A DNA stretch of 63,722 nt, counting the filler, from Reticulomyxa filosa (taxonomy: Eukaryota > Protista > Foraminifera): the NCBI GenBank assembly GCA_000512085.1. It is 19 parts of 19 records of this genome, joined end to end, with 100 filler letters (N's around TTAATTAATTAA, not from the genome) between each part and the next. Parts side by side here need not be neighbours in the genome. Positions count along the whole stretch, not along the records: positions 50,331 to 52,868 come from ASPP01018164.1; positions 52,969 to 54,050 come from ASPP01006456.1; positions 54,151 to 57,232 come from ASPP01001318.1; positions 57,333 to 58,369 come from ASPP01048771.1; positions 58,470 to 59,906 come from ASPP01027098.1; positions 60,007 to 62,622 come from ASPP01021086.1; 13 more parts are not named here. One strand, written 5' to 3'. Below the pieces are notes generated by a model. It worked only from the letters and a program-made list of their open reading frames with translations. It had not been told where the DNA came from and did not search any database. The position numbers and the translations under genes are program-made. How positions within the stretch are numbered: the first letter of the stretch is position 1; each line of letters starts with the position of its first letter. Shown piece by piece: positions 50,371-61,501 of the stretch.

Positions 50371-51280
50371 CTACAACGTATAACAAAACTTCAAATAGTT
50401 ACGAGGAGTCGCACAGGTAATTTGGTTTTGTGAAACTTGCCACGTCCAAAAGAAAATCTCTTTGTCACTGTGCGTAACCAATTCGTATACTTCTTCAACG
50501 ATGGTTTGCTCTTTTGCGGATTTTGAAACGATGTATAAGTTAGAAAATGTAATGAATCGGTGAGTCAGTTGAAGCTTCTTTCGAGGGATTTTTGTTTGCA
50601 AGACCATCTCTATATTCATCTTTGACTCCGATGTCGTATCTACAACTACATGATAGATTACGACATGTTGAGCAATTACCGGCACGGATACAGAGTGAGT
50701 GTTGCAAGATTCATATTCATTCATTATGCATCCAATATATTCATTGTTATCACTTATACACATTGCCTTCATATATTTGCATTTAAACATTTTTTTCTAA
50801 CCTAAAATTCGGAGGGAGAATAAACTTAGGAGGGTTTGTATCACAAATATCTCCGTTTCAAAAAAAATTGTAGGTTTTTTTTTTGACCTGAATAACATAG
50901 TTTTCTGGGGCACAAGAAGAACAGAGCAACGACGCCGATGTACTATCCCAAATAGCAATCATTCCATTACTTGACTTTCCACCGTCGTCAGCGGTGATAA
51001 TAAATTGCTTGCTTTTTGACACAAGACAATTGCAAATGGCATTTTTCTATTTTTTTTTCCCCCAACCTCTGTTATAAGGTTAAAATTTTGTCAGCAAAAA
51101 ATCTACAACTAATCGTACATGTGCTTGCAAAAATATTTGATTTTTTGTAAGGTTGTCATAAATTACTGCAATGTTAGAAACAGGGTATAACATTCTTTTG
51201 TGCTCTCCAGTTAGCTCTTGTGACAGAAGATGTACAGATTCATAAAGATTTGTGTTCATTCCGAATATCCAGCTCAAAGT
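50371..51280 (-). CDS. CFAP251: CFAP251/WDR66-like axonemal WD40 protein, 5' exons
   Basis: LSWIFGMN...MLYPVSNIAVIYDNLTKNQIFLQAH|KNAICNCLVSKSKQFIITADDG...IAIWDS matches the WDR66 N-terminal pattern (WxFGxN, LYxxxHxxxIY, QxxLQGHxNxI, TADxG, IWDS). Confidence 0.7.
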
Positions 51281-51846
51281 CTTGTTTTATTGTAACAAAA
51301 GTTTTGACAAGTTTTCAAAAACGGGAAAAGAAAAACAAAACGAGAGGCTCCAAAATTTTTTGGTCGGTTTGCATCTTTAATTGATAGTTATTCAGACGGT
51401 CAGTGTGTATAGGTCGACAAATGTTTTTTGTCTATGTGTGAACTGACGTCAAAAACTTCGCAAATAATCTTTAAAAAGCATTTAAGAAAAAACTGTTGTG
51501 TCGAATAATATCATTTCTTTACATGGAAAATATAAAAATATACATCTCGTTTTTTCATGCATTTTGGAGGTTCTTGACCATGAATTTCATAGCAACTATT
51601 TTTCTAATTATTAGCACTAAATCAAACACTTTGAGTTTTTGCAATTTTTTTAGGTAAATGATAAAACAATTGTTTATAACATAAAAATGCAAGGTTAAAA
51701 ATTTGTCCAGTAAGACCATTTTGTCAAAAAAAGCGCTACAGATTACGGATGAAACAAATAAACGTGTGGCTTCAGGGGTAAATATTTCTGGCTCAGAACA
51801 ATTTCCAGTTTGCATTGATTCCTTTGTGCGATCAAATTAAAAGGAC

Positions 51847-52868
51847 ATGGTATGTTTTTCCCATATCTATCCTTTTTTTTTTCGAATTAAGCAGAATTGT
51901 GTTGAACTTAAAAACAACATTAGCCGCCAAAAAAAGAACAAAAGACAAAAGAACAAAAATTAGCCGCAGCCTTGGCAGGAGGTCGTCGAACGAAGAAAAG
52001 AGTTATACAAATGACAAACAGATTAAAACAAATCTAAACAAATAAAATAAAAACAGACAAAACATAACAAACAAAAAAATCGCACTTGTGAAATATTTTT
52101 ATGCGTTTACGCGTGGCCAAAAAAAAAAGATAAAACAAAAAGTAAAATAATTAAAAACGATACAGAAATGGGCAAAAGGAAAAGTCCGAGAAAAGAAGGA
52201 CAACAGCGTGATATTTTTCGAAGAGTCGTATGAATCGGCAATGAAAGAAGTCCCAAAAATGAAAACAGTGACAGTAGCAACAGTAAGTGAAAAGTTGAAA
52301 ATTACAGGATCTTTGGCACGACGATTCATTTTGAAATTAGCCAAAGATGGTCACCTTGTGAAGAAATATGATTCACAACGAATGCTGATTTACACAAAAC
52401 TGCCCAAATCAAAAGAGGAAGAAAAAGAAACAGGTAAAGGCGGTAAAGGTGGTAAAGGTGGTAAAGGTGGTAAAGGTGGCAAAGATAAAGGCAAAGACAA
52501 AGACAATGACACAGAAATGAAAGAAAAGGGGGCTAAAGGTGACAAGGGAGGCAAAGATAAGGAAACCAAAGGAGGAAAAGATAAGGAAGGCAAGGGAGGA
52601 AAAGATAAAGAAGCAAAGGGAGGAAAGGACAAAGAGGCAAAAGGAGGAAAAGATAAGGAAGCAAAAGGAGGAAAAGATAAGGAGACAAAAGGAGGAAAGG
52701 AAAAAGAAAGCAAAGGTGGTGAAGAAAAAAAGGCGAAACAAGGCAAGGAGAAAGGAGAAAAAGAAGCCAAGTCTAAAGAGCAAAAAGGAGGAGCCCAAGA
52801 GAAGGCACCAAAAGCTCCTAAAGAACCCAAAGAGCCTAAAGAACCCAAAGACCTAAAGAACCCAAAGA
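51847..52868 (+). CDS. RPS25: 40S ribosomal protein eS25 with long repetitive C-terminal extension (3' truncated)
   Basis: Exons: ATG 51847-49; 51924-52001 (PPKKEQKTKEQKLAAALAGGRRTKKR); 52166 onward (KWAKGKVREK...EVPKMKTVTVATVSEKLKITGSLARR...IYTK). Both introns are GT-AG and in frame. Confidence 0.95.
52430..52868 (+). repeat. Coding tandem repeats GGK (9 bp), GGKDKE[A/T/G]K (24 bp) and PKE (9 bp)
   Basis: Read directly in the RPS25 tail. Confidence 0.9.
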
Positions 52869-53399
52869 NNNNNNNNNNNNNNNNNNNNNNNNNNNNNNNN
52901 NNNNNNNNNNNNTTAATTAATTAANNNNNNNNNNNNNNNNNNNNNNNNNNNNNNNNNNNNNNNNNNNNTATTTGAGTAATCCAAGTGTTCCTCTTTCCAA
53001 AATACCACTTGGCTGGCTTGTGTGATGTTTAGTCTTGGAGCATTGTAATGAATGATGAATCAAGGACTAATGAATTTATTGATTTTATTCATTTAGCAGA
53101 TAGAATATAGAGCAATGATATGTTAAAATTGTTGATATTTTTCAATTCTTTTAAAATTAAAAAGTGTTATTGCTTTTTTTTTTTAAAAAAAAAAGGAAAC
53201 AGGCGCCAATGCTGCCACAGAGTGAACAGTTCTGCAAACATATTACTGACTGCTGTCAGAGTTTTGCGTTGCAACTACTGAAGACAATTGAAATGAGTGC
53301 AACATTTCAAAAGTCGTTAGCTTTCGTGTGTGCAAGAATGTTCGATTTTGTGCAAGGAATAGAATTTGGTGAATCAATTATGTCGGCTATGCTATCTAA

Positions 53400-54050
53400 G
53401 TAAATTTAATTGAATGATTTGACTGACCCTTTGCAGGAAATTGGGCTTGATAATGCCCTCTATCTTTGTATTAGAAATGACGAAGGCTCCCAATTCGATT
53501 ATTTTTGTATCCTTTTTCACAGATTCATGTTGTAAAGCATCAATTTTTTTCTATTATGTTTCAACAATTCAAGCATTAATGAATTGAAATCGAATAAATA
53601 TTTGAATAAAATTGTGTACATTAAGCTGTTGAATTTCTGTGTTACTTTTCAAATGCGTCTCTTTTAATATATTTTTGTGTTATTTTCCCTTTTCTTACAA
53701 AAAAATGAATATTATAAAAACACAAAAATAACAAAACTGTTTTCAATTTTTCAGTTTGCAATTGTAATTGTAACTCTTTGACCAATGCGATAATTTGTTG
53801 AGTTGAAATTAATTGGCATGACTTATCCGAATGATCTTTCATTTTCTTTATTTTTCCTTTATAATTGCATTGGTTTTCGTGTTCTTCTTTTTCTTTTAAT
53901 ATTGTTCCCTCTTTTGATTGTTTCTTTTTCAAATCATATTGTCGAGGGCAGATTACCAATAAATCTGAAACTTATTGCCTTGTAACTTTACTTTTCGAAA
54001 ATTCGTAATGTTCGTGTTGTTGAATTGGACATTTGCCATTGTTTTGTTTC
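53400..54050 (-). pseudogene. RING/TRAF-type zinc finger plus coiled-coil family fragment
   Basis: KQNNGKCPIQQHEHYEFSKSKVTRQ*VSDLLVICPRQYD...QCNYKGKIKKMKDHSDKSC, with an in-frame TAA. Confidence 0.6.
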
Positions 54051-54150
54051 NNNNNNNNNNNNNNNNNNNNNNNNNNNNNNNNNNNNNNNNNNNNTTAATT
54101 AATTAANNNNNNNNNNNNNNNNNNNNNNNNNNNNNNNNNNNNNNNNNNNN

Positions 54151-54834
54151 TCTGGTGATACTACTATTCGTTTATGGGATGTTGAAACATCAAAGTCATT
54201 GTATGGTTTCAATGGGCATAGAGATACTGTCAGATGTGTAGATATTTCACCATTGCAAAGTAGCAGCAACAATAAAAGCAATAGTGTTGGTGTGATTGGT
54301 GGAAATGGATATACAATTTGTTCTGGATCAAGAGATAAAACCATTCGAATATGGGACATTGAAACATCCAAACCGTCCATTATACTTAATGGACATGAAA
54401 ATTGGATTATGAGTGTAAAATATGGATCAAATAAATTAGTGAATACAATATTATCTGGATCATCTGATCAAAGTGTTCGTTTGTGGGATATTCGATCTGG
54501 TCAACAAACTCAAGTGTTCAACGGACATAAAAATTGTGTGAAGGCTGTCGAATATTCACCATTTGTAGTGAAGAGTAATAGTGGAGTTAGTGATAGTTCA
54601 AATGTAATATGTTCTGGATCGTTTGATAATACAATTCGCTTTTGGGATGTTCGATTAAATAAGGGTGAATTGTATGCGATAAAAGAAAATTATAAAGGAC
54701 ATGTTGCAATATATTGTCTTAAATTTGTATCATTGAAAGGAAAAGAAAGTGACAACAAGAACACAAAAAACAGTACTTTTAGTTCAAATTTGTGCTATGG
54801 TTCTTCAGACGGTTTCATTCGTGTTTGGGGATAA
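54151..54834 (+). CDS. WD40-repeat family protein, 3' part
   Basis: The frame is open from the contig start: SGDTTIRLWD...GVIGGNGYTICSGS...LCYGSSDGFIRVWG*. Confidence 0.92.
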   Translation, partial: SGDTTIRLWDVETSKSLYGFNGHRDTVRCVDISPLQSSSNNKSNSVGVIGGNGYTICSGSRDKTIRIWDIETSKPSIILNGHENWIMSVKYGSNKLVNTILSGSSDQSVRLWDIRSGQQTQVFNGHKNCVKAVEYSPFVVKSNSGVSDSSNVICSGSFDNTIRFWDVRLNKGELYAIKENYKGHVAIYCLKFVSLKGKESDNKNTKNSTFSSNLCYGSSDGFIRVWG

Positions 54835-55108
54835 TTCATGTTTTCAATAAGAAAATGAAAGTATTTTTGAATTGAAAATAGTTTAAACAAAATAAAATTT
54901 TTGATTTAAGATGTTAGAGTAACTCGGTTCTGTTGTTTAATTATACCTTTGTGTGAACTTTCAGCTATTTTTGAAATTAGAAAAAAGAGAAACAAGACCA
55001 AGTCCTGAATTTTTAATTATTGCAATCAATGATCAAAAAAAGAGTACAACAAAAAATATGTGCGCATGTACACGTGTATATATTTAAAACAAGTCAACAA
55101 AGGAAAAA

Positions 55109-55219
55109 GGTATTGTCGACTTTTGGAGCGAGGCGACAACGATATTGCGTGTGAGTGACGGCATGTTGATCGTAGTGAATTGTGTACAAGGTATGCACAT
55201 GCAAACAGAGGCCTTGCTC
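55109..55219 (+). pseudogene. Isolated EF-2/EFL1-type GTPase fragment
   Basis: GIVDFWSEATTILRVSDGMLIVVNCVQGMHMQTEALL versus the EF-2 consensus [37 protein letters not shown]. No flanking coding sequence. Confidence 0.75.
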
Positions 55220-55468
55220 TATAGACATCGATTGTCAGTACTCGAATAGCATTGCAATTATTCTTAACGCAAAGGGTTTTAAAGAGAATTTTTTTAAAAA
55301 AAAGGAAGAAAGTGTGAAAAAAGAAAGATGCTGTAATTAAATTGTTGTTTTATTTTTGAAATGTGAAAAGTTTTGAAAACGTTATTCCACCGCAATTGAT
55401 AAAAACATTTTTTCATTAAAAAAAAAAAAAAAGAGAGTTTTCAATTGATATTTGCTAAAGAACTAACA

Positions 55469-56101
55469 TTATTTGCCATACTTTTGAAACTCCCAATCTC
55501 GGTTATCTGTGTACCAATTTTTTTCATCACATACCCAAACAGCATATTCCATCGTATATACATACATATACATATATAAATGTATATGTGTATATATGTA
55601 TATGCATATATGTAATAAAGAATCGCTGTTCGACGAACCTAAGGGACAGACATGTCTTGTCTTGAGCCATCTCGAGATGCAATGGAAATGAAAGGCGTGA
55701 TTGCACATTCCCCAAGCGACCGTACAGTCGTCACTGGAACTGGAATTGGCTTGGCACTCAATGCACAAATCCATTATGTGATTGCGGCAGATCGCGCAGT
55801 TGTCCACTTCTATGCTCCACTGCCATCTGAGTGTATTATGTTTTATTTTCAGACATTAGTCATACCCTCCTCTTTCACATAGCTTTCATGGCCGACTTTT
55901 TCTCGGTATGATACAACAAACACATAAAATTTCAGTTTTGGAGAACTGAGCAACGGCGTTCCATTTGATTATTTCAAACTTGTCTTTCTTTTGTGAATTC
56001 GAATTGACTGTCTTGCCTTGTGCTGAAACCGTATCACTGTTGCTAGGCTTTGATGGTGATGTTGTGCCAGTGGCGCTTTCACTTACTGAAAAAGCGGACA
56101 T
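55469..56101 (-). CDS. RBX1: RING-box protein 1
   Basis: [12 protein letters not shown]|[27 protein letters not shown]...[29 protein letters not shown]|[12 protein letters not shown]. Two introns. Confidence 0.97.
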
Positions 56102-56456
56102 TATAATTATTTGGTTTTTTTTATCTAAAAATAAAGGGGACACTGTACAAATTCAACGAGTTTTACTTTTAGTTAGAGATTCGTTAAGTAAAAATTACTA
56201 AACTTTTAAAATAAAAAAACTCGAGTATAAACATTGCTATTAGCAATATACCTTAAAAATAACATGATTTATGTCGCATTGTTTACATCTAAAACTTTAT
56301 CCAAAAAATAAATTAGTAATCCACAATCTTATCATTTTGTATTTAAACCTTAAGCTACTGAGAACTTTTTAAAAGAAATAGACGCTTTAATGCAATTGAA
56401 ATATTTCTTTCGTGTTAGCTCGAAAGAAAAAAAGGGGGGAAAAAGTTGATATATCA

Positions 56457-57176
56457 TGAATCGAACAGATAACACAAAGCCACGAAAACGAGGTGAAAGT
56501 GAGTCTGTTTTGCATAGCAATATGGAAAATAGACGATATTAAAAAAAAAAATAAATATCGACAATAGAAACAGCGGAAAGAGACCCGCTGGAAGTCCAAA
56601 TCGACGAAGCAGGATTGCGTCGTTATTTGCACGATGAGCACATGAAAGAGGTGTACGGACGAGTGTTTGGTGATTTGAACTCATGGACACGCCTGAAGGG
56701 TTTGGACCCACGAATCAAGGGAATCGAATATTCGATGACGAAGACAAAGTCGAAAAAACGCGTGGAAACAGTGTCAACACAACGCGAATTTTTGGAAAAA
56801 ATGGAATCGAATCACGCGTTTGTAGGATTGATGTTCAAACTAACGAATCCAATTGCAAGCAATAGCAATGGCAACGGCAACAGCAACGGCAATGGTAACA
56901 ACAATAACAACGCGAATGGGAATAACGGGAATGTCAATGGCAATGCAAGTGTAACAGGAAGTGTGACGGGCACGGCCAATGCGAATACCGTTTTGAATGC
57001 AAAAGACAAAGAGGAACAAAGCAAATACAACTCGGCTTTTCGCACGATGGAGATCTTGGCCAATTTGCATAGACACACTTGCTTTGCGGTGTTGGACGCC
57101 GCGAATTCCTTCTTTCTTGTTAAGCGTTTGCATCTTTGTACCTTCCCTGTCATCGTCGTTTCTCTTGACAAAAAAG
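56457..57176 (+). CDS. Possible phosducin-like/thioredoxin-fold protein with N/G-rich insert (3' truncated)
   Basis: MEILANLHRHTCFAVLDAANSFFLVKRLHLCTFPVIV resembles the PhLP3/TXNDC9 pattern (LAxxHxxTxFxxxxAxxxxFLVxxLxxxxxP). The start is inferred. Confidence 0.5.
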
Positions 57177-57332
57177 TTGAGTTTTTTTTTTTTAACAAAA
57201 AAAAAAAAGGGGGAAGTTAGATTTTTATTTTTNNNNNNNNNNNNNNNNNNNNNNNNNNNNNNNNNNNNNNNNNNNNTTAATTAATTAANNNNNNNNNNNN
57301 NNNNNNNNNNNNNNNNNNNNNNNNNNNNNNNN

Positions 57333-58369
57333 ATTTTCAATGATTTTTTATGATATTCAATTGCTCTATCATATTCATCTTTATCTTCATAAACAAGTCC
57401 CAAATTGTTGTATAAACCAGCGATATCAATGTGATCAGGCCCCAATTTATTTAATTTAATTTTCAATGATTTTTTATAATATTCAATTGCTCTATCATAT
57501 TCTCCTTTACTTTGATAAACAATTCCCAAATTGTTGTATGAACCAGCAACATCAATGTGATCAGGTCCCAATTTATTTAATTCAAGTTTCAATGATTTTT
57601 CATGATATTCAATTGCTATATCATATTCCCCTTTTTTTTCATAAACAGTTCCCAAATTGTTGTATGAACTAACGACATCAATGTGGTCAGGTCCCAATTT
57701 ATTTAATTTAATTTTTAATGATTTTTCGTGATATTCAATTGCTTTATCATATTCTCCTTTATTTTCATAAACATTTCCCAAATTGTTATATGAAGTAGCA
57801 ACACTAATGTGATCATGCATCAATTTACTTAATTTGATTTTTAATGATTTTTTATGATATTCAATTGCTCTATCATATTCCCCTTTAGTGTTATAAACAT
57901 TTCCCAAACTATTATATGAAGTAGCAATATCAATGTGATCATTTCCCAATGTATTCAAACTAATTTTCAAATCTTTTTCATAATATTCAATTGCTTTATC
58001 ATATTCTCCTTTATCTTTATATGTTCTACCTAACCAAAAATAAGATACTGCAACACTATTATGATAATCATGTAATGTTTGCAATTTAAAACAAAGTATA
58101 AAACGAAATAATTGAATTGCCTCATTCATTTTTGAGATATCTAATGAATTCCTTCCCAATTTCATTAAATTTTCTATATCAATAGGCCAAGAACAAGTAA
58201 AAACATGAGAACGGAAGTGACAACGAATAACAGATGGATTAGTAGGAATAAGTTGTTGAGTAATATGACAATTTCCAAATCCATCAATAATACAATCAAC
58301 AGCATAAACACACCCATCAATTGTGATATTATCAAATATAACTTTTTTTGAATGGAATGAAGAAACAGA
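57333..58369 (-). CDS. TPR array protein (42-aa kinesin-light-chain-like repeats), internal fragment
   Basis: The whole contig is one open frame: ...ITIDGCVYAVDCIIDG... then six DHIDVAxSYNNLGxVYxxKGEYDxAIEYHxKSLKIKLNKLGP units. Confidence 0.95.
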
Positions 58370-58469
58370 NNNNNNNNNNNNNNNNNNNNNNNNNNNNNNN
58401 NNNNNNNNNNNNNTTAATTAATTAANNNNNNNNNNNNNNNNNNNNNNNNNNNNNNNNNNNNNNNNNNNN

Positions 58470-59906
58470 TCCATCACTATTTTACTTCGATCTTTTAATT
58501 CATTAAATTTGCGAATTTGCCCAAAAAATCCACCAAACGTTGTATTAAATTTCATTTCAAATTCATAAGTACTTGTGATGTCTGTCTGAATTAAGCCCTT
58601 TGGATACCATGAATTAAATGCCTGCGGCAAATCGTACAACAGCTGATGCAATGCTATCGATAAAATGTCTTCGTTCAGCTGTGTGATCTTTCCCAACAAG
58701 CGGAAATATCCAGTTGCCTGTCTCCTCAAAAACTCAGTCACTTCTACCGACTCTGTTTTTTTCAAGAGCTTTTGGAGCTGAGCACAACCTTCAGGGATAG
58801 CTGTATCCCTGATCAATAGCGACAAATGTATCAATAAACGTATCACTGTGCAGGCTATCTCGCGAATATTTCTTATTTGTATGCGCCCATCATACCTCCA
58901 GAACGCATCTGCAACTGACAACTCATCATCTGATCCATCCAATATATACCTAATGAAAAGAAAAAAAAAGCCAAAATATACGTATACACTCCTCTATTTA
59001 TTTATGTACTTATTTTTGTAAAACAAGCAGCATACCCTTTTGGTATTTCTAATTGTCTCAGTCCTGTATTAGATTGTTCATGTGATGTGCTGCCGACTTC
59101 TTCACCACATCCATCAATCGGCAAATTACTTTTTCCATCGGATGGCCGCATTTAGTGATGATAAATGGATGCATGTTTCGACAGTAACGAACCGTGTAAG
59201 TGCCTCCATCTGTGCCTTTCATTGTACGAATTACGTTCATAATTAGATTTTCTGGCATTGCCGGAAGATGCTCATTCAAATAATAATCGGGATTTAACAC
59301 CAGCACTTTAAATGGATTTCCTAAAAAAAAAAAAAATAAATTAACTTGACAATTTTTAAAAAATTTGTCGATTTTCTTTTCAAAAAAAAAAATCAAGGTA
59401 ACTGTTCATTAGTTGAAGTATACCCAAGAAGTGAAAACACAACCTTGGAATGAAAGCATCAGAAGCATCGCTTTTGCTGTGTAGTCTCATGAAACCAAAA
59501 GTTGGGCGAAGGTCCTTACTTAATAACACTTTAACAAAGTTTTGTTCAATATCCGAAATAAGTACGTTGCTTCTTATTATGTACTCTGTTACTTCTATAA
59601 TTGTTTAAGTATACGTTGCAAAACTCACTCAAAGAAAAAAAATATATATGTACATATATAAGTTTCTGTAACTTTCAAAATGTTGGCTCAAATATGATGC
59701 AGAGAGATTAGCCAAAGACAAAGTTGCTGCTAACAATGGGACAAAATCTTTCTTATCTCCCATATACCCTATATTGTCTACAGAGCCAGATTGGATTCCC
59801 TGCCTAATTTTTTGACTGAAATTAGTGTACTTGGCTTGGTAAATACCAATAAACGGATCAATAGAAGAAAAATTTTGTTGTGGATATTTTAAATTGTAAA
59901 AGGCAC
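58470..59906 (-). CDS. RNF213 (mysterin)-like protein, RZ-finger/E3 region (internal fragment)
   Basis: HLPAMPEN...YCRNMHPFIITKCGHPMEKVIC(P)IDGCGEEVGSTSH...GYILD...VIRLLIHLSLL parallels RNF213 FLPTMPED..CPNGHP..ECGRPME..C..C...GG..H...LIRLLTHLALL (recalled from memory). One-base frameshift at about 59120. Confidence 0.8.
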
Positions 59907-60006
59907 NNNNNNNNNNNNNNNNNNNNNNNNNNNNNNNNNNNNNNNNNNNNTTAATTAATTAANNNNNNNNNNNNNNNNNNNNNNNNNNNNNNNNNNNNNN
60001 NNNNNN

Positions 60007-61077
60007 AAAAAAAAAAAAGTTTTCCAAATGACGTATACTCATCAAATTTGAACCACCCCTTTCCTTGTGGTAGTCGATATCTCTTTCAAGCTTTGTTTTT
60101 TGTTGTAAAGTCGCTGCTAAAAAAAAAAAAAAATAACTTGTGGAATTGTAAAGAGTGGCGGGCACGGTTGGCAATCGAGTGGGCCATGGTGTGGTGGGCG
60201 ATTGTGTTGGGCGTTTGGTTGGGGGGGTAGGGGCGTACGTTGGGAGTGTTGGTGATAAAGTAGGCTGGTCAGTAGGCGGATTGGTTGGCCTGAGGGTTGG
60301 GCTCGGAGATGAGCAGTTGGACTGATCACTTTGACATATGTCAATTTGCGCAGGGACAGAGTTGGCTTGAATGTCAAATGTGTCGCTGTTGTTGCTTTTC
60401 CAATTCACCGTCGCAGCTCTTGTAAAGTCTTGTCCAATGCCCATAGCTGAACCTCCTGACATAGGCTTGCTTTGCACCACATACGTCGAACTACAAGGGG
60501 AAGTCGAGATGAACACCTGATATCCGTCATTACTGTACACTTCGTACATGTAATATTTTATATCCATTGAATACACATACTCATAGATCCATGTGCCTGT
60601 TGTTGGTCATTTGTATATACATACGTTTATGTACATGGTTGTACTTTTTTTATAAATTTTTTTTTTGGATCATTTGCTGTCGCTTGTTACTTGGCTTTTT
60701 TTTTTTTTTTTGGAAAAAAATAAACATAAATTACCATTCCAATAACAATTAGTATCATTTGTACAATTTTGCTTACCACAACCACTATTTTGATTTGTTC
60801 CCAGTGCCGTGTTTTTTACATAGAAACCCGAAAGATGTGATGCCGTCGAGTTTGTTATCGTTACTTTGTAGTCTGTCATCACAAATACGTAGACGATATT
60901 TTTCTAACTTCGTCATCTCTTCTTTGTGTCCCATTTTTTCGAGAACAACAGAAAAAGTGCAACGTTACAAGTGTATGGGCTCAGGTTTGGGCTTCGGGTG
61001 AAAGAGGCAAGCAATCCATTCGACGCCCACAATATGCAGAAACTCACCGCTAGACAAAGACGTTGTGAGAATTTCAT
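60007..61077 (-). CDS. Secreted/surface protein with PTxxPT mucin-like stalk (3' truncated)
   Basis: Signal peptide MKFSQRLCLAVSFCILWASNG, Cys-containing exons and SPTLRPTNPPTDQPTLSPT repeats. Confidence 0.7.
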
Positions 61078-61501
61078 TTCCTCCTTTTGTCAGTAAGGCA
61101 AACTAAAAAAGAAAAAAACAAGCGGACTGCAAATTCTAATGACCACTCCGGCAAAATTGCACAAGAGAAGCTTTTTCCACACGCTAAACGTAGTTGTTGC
61201 GAAAACAAAAAATGTCCATTTTTTTTCTTTTCGTTAAAATATAGTCTTTGAAGTTATTTGAAGAATTTATTATTTTAAATTGTTGGACAAGAGTTTATCC
61301 TTATATAGCCGTGTTTTGACTAAAATTTGTCAAGTACATACATATGCTTTTGTAAACTGTTCAGTACCGTCAAGAAAACAAAACTAGCAGAACACAAAGA
61401 ACGCAAGGAGGTAAAAAATATTTTTTTTTTTTCAGTGAGCGAACAGTTTTTGAATAGTGCAATATCTGAATTATTTGTCTGGTTTTTTTTTTTGTTTTGT
61501 T

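Noticed and set aside
30050-59906. Apparent immune cluster (SAMHD1-like, TPR, WD40, RNF213-like, RBX1)
   Set aside because: The genes lie on different contigs joined artificially, so linkage cannot be inferred.
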